This document shows positions 40,366 through 52,268 of a stretch of DNA of 64,000 bases, piece by piece. The number at the start of each line of letters is the position of its first letter. Position 1 is the first letter of the stretch. Origin of the DNA: Mytilus trossulus (lineage: Eukaryota). A program made the translations under genes and the position numbers. The stretch is from assembly GCF_036588685.1 (NCBI RefSeq), contig NC_086385.1, positions 50,305,216-50,369,215 of the forward strand, given 5' to 3'. The notes beneath the pieces are model-generated. The model made no database searches, had not been told where the DNA came from, and saw nothing but the letters and a program-made list of their open reading frames with translations.

Positions 40366-40580
40366 AAATATGGACCATAAATATAAAGAATAGAGAAAAA
40401 TGGACCAAAGATATAAAGAATACAGAAAAATGGACCAAAAATATAAAGAATAAAGGAAAATGGACCAAAAATATAAAGAATAGAGAAAAATGGACCAAAA
40501 ATATAAAGAATACAGAAAAATTGACCAAAAATATAAAGAATACAGAAAAATTGACCAAAAATATAAAGAATAGAGAAAAA
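40366..40580. repeat. 30-bp tandem repeat, ~7 copies
   Basis: AAAAATGGACCAAAAATATAAAGAATAGAG; generates spurious ORFs 40210..40617 and 40361..40639. Confidence 0.92.
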
Positions 40581-41092
40581 CTATTTTTTTTAAAAAGAAA
40601 ACAGAAATGTAATGCATACAAATAAAAGAAACAAATCAATCATGTTATCAAACTTTCCTGTATAGTGCGAGTACTTTACGTCTGTGCTTCTGTTAGTCTT
40701 AGTCCGTGGAAATCTATTTTGTTGTTAATTACGATAATAGGAGCGTGGGTGAAATGTCTGGACTACTTTTGGAAATAGAATAAAATACCGTGACATGTTA
40801 TAGATAAGATTAAACAATTTACACAAGTAATTTACTCGTTTGTAATACGAGTGATAGATTACGTTCGCCTGTCTCCTGCTATTTACAGCATTTCTGGTTT
40901 CCTACGAAATTTAGTTACAGAATGATGTTTTTGGAAGCAAGAGGAATTATAAAGTTGCTGTCTAAGCTATTTACAGCATTTTTTGGTTTCCAACGAAATT
41001 TAGTTACAGAATGATTTTCTTGAAAGTAAGAAGAATTGTAAAGATGCAGTCTCAGAAGAAAGATATCTTAGATCAAGTTAGCATGTACAGTT

Positions 41093-41682
41093 ATGGTTGA
41101 CCGTTATGGAATAACCGTTTCACAAATGATATCGGATATGTTCCTTACGTCGTAACTACAACCCCCTTCCCTTTCATGAATTTGACCTACCGAATTAGAC
41201 TATTTACCGGATTTGTAATCACATAAGCAACACGACGGGTGCCGCATGTGGAGCAGGATCTGCTTACCCTTCCGGAGCACCTGAGATCACCCCTAGTTTT
41301 TGGTGGGGTTCGTGTTGTTTATTCTTTAGTTCTCTATGTTGTGTCATGTGTACTATTGTTTTTCTGTTTGTCTTTTTCATATTTAGCCATGGCGTTGTCA
41401 GTTTAATAAGATTTATGAGTTTTACTGTCCCTTTGGTATTTTCCGTCCCTCTTCTATGTTTATCAGTGTAAGTTACAAAATATACGCAAGTAGAGAAAAT
41501 AATACATTGTTTTGTAATTGGAAATTAAAAGAGGAACGAAAGATACCTGACGGACAGTCAAACTCATAAATCGCAAATAAACTGACAACGTCATGGCTTA
41601 AAATGAAAAAGACAAACAGACAAACAATAGTACACATGACACAACATAAAAAACTAAAGAATAAGCAACACGAACCCCACAC
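41093..41682. mobile_element. Penelope-like 3' end (41093-41452, +) and an inverted shorter copy (41529-41682, -), tail-to-tail
   Basis: VDRYGITVSQMISDMFLTS* followed by the shared repeat ...GCCATGGCGTTGTCAGTTT...CCCTCTT; second copy is its reverse complement. Confidence 0.75.
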
Positions 41683-44580
41683 AAAAAGAAAGCATCACGT
41701 CATCTCGTCTCAAGTTATTAATAAATATACATTTATGTTAACCTAGTGTAACGCAATTGGTCGTTTAAGAATCTAAAGGACTATGGGTAATTTCATTGTT
41801 CGTTCCCCCAAATGAAAATAACGTCACGACATTGGTTGAATTTCCATTTTTTGGACGTTTTCAACTAATCGCGACGTTTTAATTTGGTGTACACTTTAAG
41901 AAATATAACCAAGTTTGCATTAGATTCTGAAACGGCGAATTATTAGGGAAATACATTGTATTGGATTTTGAGATACACAACCACTTCATCCAATCTAAAG
42001 TACTATCACGGATTTCTTAATTCAAAAATAAATAAATATCAAAATTTATGAACCATGCAAAATGAGGTTTAGGTCGTATGAAAACTGCCAGACAGACATG
42101 TCCATCTATCTATCATTTCATATACCAAATATACTTGGTATCTAAGAAATATAGAAAACAAGAAAAAATTAACATTGTTCAAGGTCATATCGAGCCGGTC
42201 AGGCAGACATATATATGTACACCTTACAAAATTTTCATACATAAAATATACTTGACCTATTGCTTACACCTGCCCTTCACAAATGTACACCTTTGAATAA
42301 TTCAAACTATAGTTAACCAACTACTAAAATTGAGAATGGAAATGGTGAATGTGTCAAAGAGACAACAACCCGACCAAAGAAAAAAATAACAGCAGAAGGT
42401 CACCAACAGGTCTTCAATGTAGCGATAAATTCCCCCTACCGGAGGCGTCCTTCAGCTGGCTAACTGTATTTACTAACTGTATTTGAGAAAACTTATCCAA
42501 GTAACTTTTAACTTTGTTAACTGGTCCACAAAATTTGAGCACGGTCTAGTGACCCTAACTAACAGATATGTTGACCTTACAAGGAACCCATATACTAAAT
42601 TGTGTTATCACTCTCTCATAATCAAGACTAAAAGATTATCACTTGAAACAATCAAAGAGCTGAAAGCTCTGAAGAAAAATGACGCCACTGTCTCTAATAT
42701 TGGGATAGTTTTTATGCAAGTCTTGATTTTCACATACCGTAATTAGTTTAACAATGCAACATGTCTCGTAAGCATATAATTGATATTCGTATATGTGTGT
42801 GTGTGAAGTGAAGGTGCCAACTGGCTGTTTTTTTTAAAGACAAATGAATAGGTCAAGACTACCTGAATTGTACAAATAAATACCGTAGAAAGGCTTCTAT
42901 ATTTCTCACTGGTACATAGGCTGAATCCGGGTCCGTTCGCGGCCATTCACGTTTGCACCAACTCATGTTCGCCCCCTTTCACTTTCACACCCTACATGTT
43001 CGCAACTACTCTTAATTGGTTTTGTGTTTAATAACTCTGTAAGCAAGTGTTTTCTTATAAGTATAATTGTTGTCATTGTCTCAAAATAAAGTGAGACAGC
43101 ATTTTTTTTTTGTTTTGAATAAATCTTAATCATGTTTTGGATAGCGTATTGTTAAAGATAATAATAATCCTTTCTAAATAAAGTGGTATTTTGTCAACGT
43201 TTTATTTAGCGTTGAATAACTCTTAATCATGTTTTGGTTAGTGTATTGCTATACTTTGTTTCATTGACCTCTTTCATAATGAAGTGAGATTCTGACTATT
43301 TTTTTTCTGTGTGTTGAATAAATTTTATCATGTTTTGGTTATAATAGTGGATTGCTATATTTTGGTTCCTATATTTTATTGTTTCTTTGTTTCAGATCAA
43401 AGGGCTTAAAAACAATTATCTTTTGTGTTTTTCCTTTAAAATCTTCAATGTTTTACTCATACCAAGCTAAAAATACATTCAGTATTTACACCAAAGCAAT
43501 TTCAAACAACAATCATGATTTTCCAATTATTCAACTTGAATTTGAATTAAAATTGGGCGCGAATGAGTAGAGTGCGAACGGACCTTGGGTGTGAACGTGC
43601 GAGGTGCGAAAGTGTATTGGGCGCAAACAAACCACATAGTCTGAACCCCCTTCTCCCACAAAATATGATGTAAATTAAAAACAAATTGTTCAGAGAACAG
43701 TTGAAGTCTTTCCACTAGAAAAGATCTATTTTTATATTGAAATATGAAAAATCAGTTTAAAATGTTAGTTCCTATGGCTTTATGACGTCCTATTAACCTA
43801 TGACCTTGACCTTAATTTCAAGGTCACAAACCATGGACCTTGAATCAAAATATCCTAGGTCTTTAATATGTTTGGTTAATGAGTACTACCACTTGACGCG
43901 TAATTTTAAATGTAAGATGGACAAAAACTCTCTTTTATTGTATGCGCAGCCTTTCAACCAAAATATACAAGTAAGGACATGTCGCAACTAATAATTTATG
44001 AAAAATTATTTGTCAAAATGTCATACAGTATTTGAAAAGAAGTGAAAATAAGCCAAAATCAAAATTTATAATATGACCTTGACCTTTGACATTGACCTCA
44101 TTTTCATTTTTAGTACCAATGACCTCATGAAGACCCTAGGTCTCTATCAGTTATGGTTTACCAGTTGAAAATGCATATCGCTTGAATCAAATGAAAAAGG
44201 GGGAATAACTCTCATATGGAGTCCCCATAGAGCTATGGTTCAAACGAGTATTCTTATCCTAAATATGTAACGAGCAATTTGGTAAAATAAAATCTTTTAC
44301 GGTTACGAAGGAGAGGTGGCCACAAGAAAAACAGTGTTTGGGGAGATAACTCTTACAACGTAATGTATTTTGTTATAATTACATTTGATATATGTTTCAT
44401 TATAATACTTTATTCTGATTGGCTAACTGCACATCACATGTTATTCCTCAAGCAATTGCATGACTCAATAAAACTTTTCATTCATGATAACACGTGGTCC
44501 CACAATAAAGTGCACAGATGAATTGAATAAAAAGTTATAAAATTCGTGTTTTCATGATCCTAGCTAAAAAAAGTAATTAT

Positions 44581-45159
44581 TACACATATTAAAGACCTAG
44601 GATATTTTGATTCAAGGTCCATGGTTTGTGACCTTGAAATTAAGGTCAAGGTCATAGGTTAATAGGACGTCATAAAGCCATAGGAACATTTCTCTTTTTG
44701 CTTTAAAAATTTACAACTGCATTACCTGGAGTATGGTTTACCAGTTGAAAATGCATATCGCTTGAATCAAATGAAAAAGGGGGAATAACTCTCATATGGA
44801 GTCCCCATAGAGCTATGGTTCAAACGAGTATTCTTATCCTAAATATGTAACGAGCAATTTGGTAAAATAAATATTCCTACGAACGTCTTTTTTTAAACTG
44901 ATTTTTCATATTTCAATATAAAAATAGATCTTTTCTAGTGGAAAGACTTCAACTGTTCTCTGAACAATTTGTTTTTAATTTACATCATATTTTGTGGGAG
45001 AAGGGGGTTCAGACTATGTGGTTTGTTTGCGCCCAATACACTTTCGCACCTCGCACGTTCACACCCAAATTGAAATTAAGGTCAAGGTCATAGGTTAATA
45101 GGACGTCATAAAGCCATAGGAACATTTCTCTTTTTGCTTTAAAAATTTACAACTGCATT
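44581..45159. other. Complex templated insertion, a mosaic of local sequence copies
   Basis: Segments match 43768-43871(rc), 45321-45352(rc), 46964-46977, 44152-44291, 45569-45584, 43585-43762(rc) and 44634-44723. Confidence 0.88.
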
Positions 45160-47867
45160 TAAGTATTGAATGCTTTTTTTTTGTAACCTCATAGGGTTGC
45201 AAAAGCGTTGACCGGGTGCACATTTTTAGAATGAAGCGCTTACGCGCTTCATACAAAAAGTACTTCGGTCAACGCTTTTACACCTCAATGAATTTACAAA
45301 AAAAAAGCATTCAATACTTAAATGCAGTTGTAAATTTTTAAAGCAAAAAGAGTTAATACTAACTTTCACTTTTTTGGATGTTCATGTACATTTTGAATGT
45401 ATTTATTTTTCTCAACTACATGAATTTTTTGGTGTATTTTTAATGATATATATGAGTAGTCCAAATAATTATTACGTCTGGCAAGGCTTTTTAAATTTTA
45501 TTCTGGGACACCTTCCTATGACCACAAGGCTATGTTAATTTTTTTCTGGGACGCCTTCTTAGGAAGCCTTCCTACGAACGTCTTAGGAAGGCGTCCCAGA
45601 AAAAAAATTAGCCTTATTGGATATTTTTATGCATTATTTTACCATTTGAGTCTTTTACAGGATTGTTTGTTTAATGCTGTTTAAACATTACTGAAAAAAA
45701 AACCACCTTAAATTTGCTAATTATTTGGCATGAAAGTTTGATTTATTGAAAGGGACTCATAGTTTTCCATTTAATTTTGATAATTGTCTAATGGTTAAAA
45801 CAATAGCTTCGTTGTTTACTTTTATACACAACAACATATTCACTTTGGTCTCGTTGTTTACCTAATATTCACTATGTACTTGGTAACAGTTATTAATTAA
45901 TTGAATAGAAAATATTATAATAAATCTTATTGGAAGCCGAATTGACGTCAAATAGGTGCCGATTTGACTAGATGCCAATTTAACCAGGTGCCGACTTGAC
46001 TTGTACGTTTCAATTCCTCTGCGATCGTTTGCGGTATTTTCTTGAGAAAATCTATTTTCCATCATCAAAGAGAAGAAGAAACTGCTTGAAATGATTCCCG
46101 AACGCTTCGTGATTGTTAAAATAAGTTTAATTCACTAAAAAAACAATTTTAAAACTTGCGATGTTTAAACAGGAAGTTTCAAAAGCACGTGTAAAAGAAG
46201 AAATTAGCCGGTGAGAGTGGAAATCCGTACATAACATATATCACTATAGTACGACTTTTAAAGCAAAACAGTTTCATCCTTTTGTAAAACAGTCTTTAAT
46301 ATACCTATCACATTAATGTTTGAAGGGTCTTAAGCTTATTCAAACCATATAAGTCGGTATGAAACACCAAAACGGAATGATAATAACCGATTACGTTTTG
46401 TAGTTTACAAAATTCTGGACTGGTTCCTGTCAAACTACAACACTTTCTTCGACTGTAGTGGAATACAAACAGAAACCAGTTAGTTTGTAAACTGGTTCCT
46501 GGCTGATTACTACACAATGCTCATGCATAATGATAACGCAAGCACATTCCAGTTTGTATTGAAATTAGTAAATACGAAACCAAGCGCGGTAGGCAGAGAA
46601 ATCAGGTCGGCAGTTATGGAACAATGACTGCGTCATTTTCCAAAAAACAGTCACTGAACCATAAAAATGAGATCATGGACAATTGTCATATGACTAATGG
46701 AAAATTTATAGCTTCAAGATATAAAGCATCCATGTCTTTTATCCTCTTTACCTTTGCTCTAGTATACTTATAGTATATCCACCAGATTGCAACCCCTTTG
46801 TCTTGCATTCTAATATTTTAGTTGCAGACAGGGCAAAACATGATATCAAAACTTTCCTCGGATATATCTAAATATCTAACTAAAATCGTCATAAAAAAAC
46901 AATCTTATTTTCAAGAACAATTTACTTTTTAATAAACATTGAAATGGGACTTTTTAACAACTTCATTACCTGGAGTAAACTCAATCATTCTATGAGATTT
47001 ATTAGAAACAAACAGGATTTATCAGAAAAAGAGTAAGGTGTTATGTTATGTTGGTATCAACTGCATCAACCATATATATATATATTGGTTGCTGTCTCAT
47101 GATTTGCTTACCCAGTTTACGCATCATTTAGATATGAACATCGTCATAAAGAGCAGAAACATTGGTTTGCTCAAAGGTCTACCTTGATGTAGTTCGTTTT
47201 AGTGTATGTATGCATATAACATGAATTACATTTATCATTATTTCTGTTTTCTGACAATTGCTCTAGTGGATACGCATATCAAGTTCTGTTTTTGTTTGGA
47301 TACCGTTTGCATGTTGTAACATGTGTACTGGAAAGGATTTACAAATAAAATATTTCGTGAATCACAGACAACTTACATAGATATAGGAAGATGTGGTGTG
47401 AGTTCTAATGAGACAACTCTCCATCCCAATAACAATTTATAAAAGTAAACCATTATAGGTAAAGGTACGGCCTTCAACACAGAGCCTTGGTTCACACCAA
47501 ACAACAAGCTATAAAGGGCCCAATATTTGTATGTATATTCATATAGTGTATAGCATAAATATCAACAACACTTTACATATTTTCAATTGACTGATATTCA
47601 CAGTATCAAATGACAAGATGTAGGTGTTGGTCCAGAAAATACCCACATGTTAATATTCAATGATAAGGTGCCGACTAGTAGATGTGTAGTCATTCTGTAT
47701 GACAGTTCTTGAAAAATAATTTAAAGTTCATTGAACATATTGAAAAAGTATTACCAAGGCGACCAGAAAAAAGGGGTCAACAAAAAAATACAATCACACA
47801 GTAAAACTCATGACTGTGAAGCTGCTGATTAACTCTAAAGTCAGGAAGTACTTACAACAAATCTTAA

Positions 47868-48138
47868 GGTGGTACCCAACACTTTGACTAAAACTAATTT
47901 GGCTCGTTCAATTTTCATAAAATTTTGTCAAAATATGAAATTTACTTTGACCCTTTGACAAAAATATAAAAATTTCAAAAAAATTGAAGCAACCAATTTA
48001 AATTACACTGGTTATATAGCAGTTTGACAAACATTAATTTTCATCATTGAGAAGCTTAATATTCCCTTATCTACACAAAGTTATTAAAAAGTTAAGCTGA
48101 TTTTACAGAGTTATCTCCCTGTAGTGTAAAGTACCACC
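47868..48138. mobile_element. MITE with TTAA target-site duplication (Kolobok-like)
   Basis: TTAA-GGTGGTAC ... GTACCACC-TTAA. Confidence 0.8.
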
Positions 48139-48494
48139 TTAAATGAAACATTGTGTTTGCTTTTAACAAAAACATAAAACATACAGTGACTGAAACTACT
48201 TATCTAGGAGAGTTGTACCATTTTATGTAATCAGCTAATACATTTATTACTAAATTTGATTTAAACTTATTTTTAACTTAATTAAGTTTCAAAAGATATA
48301 AAATTATAGTAATTTCACATATGGGTTGGCTTATTACAAAATATCTACAAAAAAGCTAAGAAACAAAGTTCATGTAACGCACAATATTAACAAGCTTTTT
48401 GTTATCGTTACCCATAGGCAAAAGCATGTAAGAATGACTGTTCACAAGTTCCCTATTCACCATCTAATCCTATGTCTGAAGGAAAGTAACCAAC

Positions 48495-48945
48495 AACGGC
48501 CACGTTCACTTGTATTTTTGTTCATCTGACCAGTTAAGCCTTTTTCAGGTGATTTTTATAGTTCTTTCTTATGTTGCACTGTTAAACCACTGTCCCAGGT
48601 TAGGGGGATGTTTGGGATCCTGCTAACATGTTTCACCCCGCCACATTATTTATGTATGTGTCTGTCCCAAGTCAGGAGCCTGTAACTCACTGGTTGTCGT
48701 TTGTTTATGTGTCACATATTTGTTTTTAGTTCATTTTTTTACATAAATAAGGCAGTTAGTTTTCTCGTTTAAATTGTTTTACATTGACTTATCGGGGCCT
48801 TTTATAGCTGACTATTCGGTATTGACTTTGCTCATTGTTGAAGGCTGTACGGTGACCTATAGTTATTATTGTCTGTGTCGTTTTCAAAATTGGTCTCTTG
48901 TGAATAGTTGTCTCATTGGCAATCATACAACATCTTCTTTTTTAT
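48495..48945. mobile_element. Abundant SINE-like interspersed repeat (family B)
   Basis: ...GGTGACCTATAGTT...AGTTGTCTCATTGGCAATCATAC.ACATCTTCTTTTTTATA; related copies at ~24025-24120, 35600-35780, 47378-47522, 54567-54828 and 55480-55872. Confidence 0.8.
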
Positions 48946-49103
48946 AATACAAGAAATAATGTCTTGATGGATTGTGTTTTTGAGAAGGTAATATATGTTG
49001 ACAGAGTAGATTTGGTAGAGGTGAATACTACTTAAAAACTACTTTTGGATTATAGCTCTTCATCTTTTATATAAGCTTTGGATTTCAAATATTTTGGCTA
49101 CAA

Positions 49104-49147
49104 GCATCACTGAAGAGACATGTATTGTCGAAATGCGCATCTGGTGC
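49104..49147 (+). ncRNA. Minimal type I hammerhead ribozyme, copy 1
   Basis: gcatca-CTGAAGA-gaca(tgtat)tgtc-GAAA-tgcgca-TC^tggtgc; predicted cut after 49141. Confidence 0.9.
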
Positions 49148-49454
49148 AAGAAAATTAGTACCGTTAATTTTATTTACTACCACTGGGTCGATGCCTCTGC
49201 TGGTGGACTATTAGTCCCTGATGGTATCACCAGACCAGTAGCCAGTACTTCGGTACTGGCATGAAAATACGGATTTTATGTGTTATTAAAATTTGCTGTT
49301 ACAAAATGATAGAAATTATTATAAATTAAGGAATGTATCTCCCTCGTGCAAAGCTCTGATTTCTTTCACGGATTTGGCTATACTTTTTGGACCTTTTGGA
49401 TTATAGCTCTTCATCTTTTATATAAGCTTTGGATTTCAAATATTTTGGCCACGA

Positions 49455-49498
49455 GCATCACTGAAGAGACATGTATTGTCGAAATGCGCATCTGGTGC
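49455..49498 (+). ncRNA. Minimal type I hammerhead ribozyme, copy 2
   Basis: Identical to copy 1; predicted cut after 49492. Confidence 0.9.
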
Positions 49499-50476
49499 AA
49501 GAAAATTAGTACCGTTAATTTTATTTAATAAAATAGCTCACTTTTACCTCTTGAACCAGGTATGCTGAAAAAAGGGAATTCTACAGTAATCTGTATCTGT
49601 AATCAATGGCAACCCAACAATACAACAAATTATACATGTTTTAATTAATTTCTTGAACTTTTCTGAGAAAACTATGTTATATTTCAACAGATAGATAGTT
49701 AGAAATACAATACATTTTCAATAGCTCACACAAGTGACTTAGTTTAGCATTTCTACTGATATAGAAAATAAACATACAAAATGGCACTTATAAATACAGT
49801 TGATACCCAGAACAAACCTGAATCACTAACAATTAAAATAAACACAATATAACCTAATCAAGTGTAAAGGAAATCCACCCATGAATTACAGATCTGTATA
49901 AAATTTAAATATTTATTTTAGCATGGGAAATGTGTCATTTTTTTTAAATTTAGATTTCATGTCGGCTAAATAGCCATTATAAGCTATTTATAATGTAATG
50001 TGGTTCAATTTGATAAGACATTTTATCGTGAGTGCACTTAAAAAAGCATCAATAAATTACCTCCTTTTGCTGCACTTAGAAAAAATACATCTTAAAATGT
50101 GGTTAAAGTAGAATAAATCTGTAATTTATAGTTTTTTCCATGTTTACTATATTTTATAACTCAAAATAAAATAAAAAATAACAAGATATTGCTGTAGTAC
50201 TGTGGATTCCAATTTTGGTGGGTTTCTTGGGTACAGTCGAACCACTAATTTAAATGAGTAACAAATTATAAATTTTCAATAGGGTTTGCATGCAGACTGG
50301 CAACACCATGAACTTAAATATCTGTGTATAATAAGTTTTCAGCAATCCACAAAAATAAATGAATCCACAGTATATCTTAAAATGTGGTCAACATCAAATA
50401 AATCTGTCCTTTATAATGTTGTTCATGTTTACTATATGTTATAATTCAAAATAAATAAAAAGAAACAAAACATTAC

Positions 50477-50780
50477 TTAAGGAATGACTGTAATATTTTT
50501 TCTGTCTATGAAGAAATAACATAAAAAATTTGGTGCACACTGAATAACATGCGTAGCGGGTTTTTTAACAGTGTGCACCAAATTTTTTATGTTATTTCGA
50601 ATACACATAAAAAATATTACAGTCATTTCTTAAAATTTAATTCTAAATTCCATTTTAAACCGTAGAAAACCATGAAAAAATGTTGATGACGTCATGGTCA
50701 CAAGACTTCATTATGTCTATGGGCTCATAACAAAATTACGTCAGCCAATCAGAAGACGCGTTTCATCCAAAATTAAATCA
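50477..50780. mobile_element. Hairpin-type non-autonomous element, uninterrupted paralogue of 52959-53860
   Basis: ~70-bp inverted arms (ggaatgactgtaatattttt...ggtgcacactg / cagtgtgcacc...aaatattacagtcatt). Confidence 0.75.
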
Positions 50781-51946
50781 TTGTAGTTTAACACATAAGA
50801 TTTACTTGCTTCAAAGGAAATATGTTTAATGATATAGTTATCTCCCTTGATTATACATCAATCAAAAATATCAGGGAATAATTGCAAGTTCGGACTATTA
50901 AAATAATCTCAATACAAATTTTCACCAAGGTCAATGGGGCAGTTCATTTATAAAATAGAAATTAGAAATGAGTCTCTTGCATCAAAAATGTTTCTCATTG
51001 ATTCTACTGATCTGCACCATGTGTACAATGAACCATACATAAATGTTTGAAATTATTTTCCCTAGCTCTTCCCAGGGCATAATACCAAATTGGTAGAAGC
51101 TTCTATGTTTAAACATTATTGAAGATTAAGTAATGTTCTAACATAACAGAGTTTCATAAAAAAAAATAATATCAAAAGTCAATACATGTAGTAACAATTG
51201 TATCTTTTTACTACAAATTTTAAATAAAGATGTCTAAACTAAATCTTCAAAATAAAATTGTCAAACTAATCAAAGTTGTCTAAATAATGCTTAACATTTC
51301 TATTTGCAAACTTAGATTTCAAGCCAAATTTTGACAACTTGAAATCATTTAGGTCAGTAACCTATACAGAATGAGAGTGACCTGTGCAAGATTTTATGAT
51401 GTGTCTTTAAATTTATTTTTATAAAATCAAAAATGCAATACTTGATTTCAAGAAACTAACATATGATTGAACATGTTGAACAAGAATTTGTCCCAAGTAT
51501 AGGGATGCCCCATCTACACTATCATTTTTTATGTTCAGTGGACTGTGAAAATAGGATAAAATCTCTAATTTGCATGGAAATTAGAAAAATCATATCATTA
51601 GGAACATGTTTACTGATGATGGGACTTCAACTTCATCAAAAACTACCTTGAACAAAAACTTTAACCTGATGGACAAACGGACCCACAGACCAGAAAACAT
51701 AATGCCCATACATGGGGCATACAAAACAGTACATGTATAAATCAAGTATGCAGTACTTATGAAACTAAAACTAACATATTAATCAAATAACAGTTATTCC
51801 ATACATGTAAATTTTAACCTGGTTCAGTCACACCAGTTCTTGTCCAGGAACCAGCTCTTTGTATGCATCTCATCCTTAGTCTTGTTAGTTTAAATGATGT
51901 CTCTGCATTTAGGTCCAAAGTCCAATATATAATATCTTTGGTCCAA

Positions 51947-52081
51947 TCACATGTTTGACTCTTCATCGGTTTCCATGGTAACAGTTGTTGATGGTCCAGC
52001 TTTCTTTTTACTCTTTTTCTGTTTCTTACCATCTTGTTTATTTTCATTTAATTTCTCATGGACTCCACTTACATATTTATG
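51947..52081 (-). CDS. CENPS: CENP-S exon 4 (terminal; proximal acceptor shown)
   Basis: ttgtag|CAT AAA TAT...: HKYVSGVHEKLNENKQDGKKQKKSKKKAGPSTTVTMETDEESNM*; phase 0 fits exon 3; Lys-rich tail as in vertebrate CENP-S. Confidence 0.85.
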   Translation of the reverse strand, partial: HKYVSGVHEKLNENKQDGKKQKKSKKKAGPSTTVTMETDEESNM

Positions 52082-52268
52082 CTACAATGTAATTATTTTC
52101 ATTTAATTTCTCATGGACTCCACTTACATATTTATGCTACAATGTAATTATTTTTATTTAATTTCTCATGGACTCCACTTACATATTTATGCTACAATGT
52201 AATTATTTTCATTTAATTTCTCATGGACTCCACTTACATATTTATGCTACAATGTAATTATTTTCATT
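52038..52268. repeat. 55-bp tandem repeat x4 spanning the CENP-S intron 3/exon 4 boundary
   Basis: Unit TTATTTTCATTTAATTTCTCATGGACTCCACTTACATATTTATGCTACAATGTAA; one substitution at 52155. Confidence 0.95.

Larger units (their letters stand above)
49042..49527 (+). mobile_element. Tandem retrozyme-like repeat (351-nt period, ~1.4 units) with two hammerhead ribozymes
   Basis: 49042-49176 repeats at 49393-49527; identical HHRs at 49104-49147 and 49455-49498. Confidence 0.9.

Noticed and set aside
40210-40639. Hydrophobic repeat ORFs (135 aa and 92 aa)
   Set aside because: Translation of a 30-bp non-coding tandem repeat
48500-48570. ctgaccagttaagcc... as another hammerhead
   Set aside because: No CUGANGA/GAAA pair with closing stems
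51814-52047. 77-aa ORF MKINKMVRN...
   Set aside because: Alternative frame of CENP-S exon 4; splice phase and homology support the HKYVSG frame
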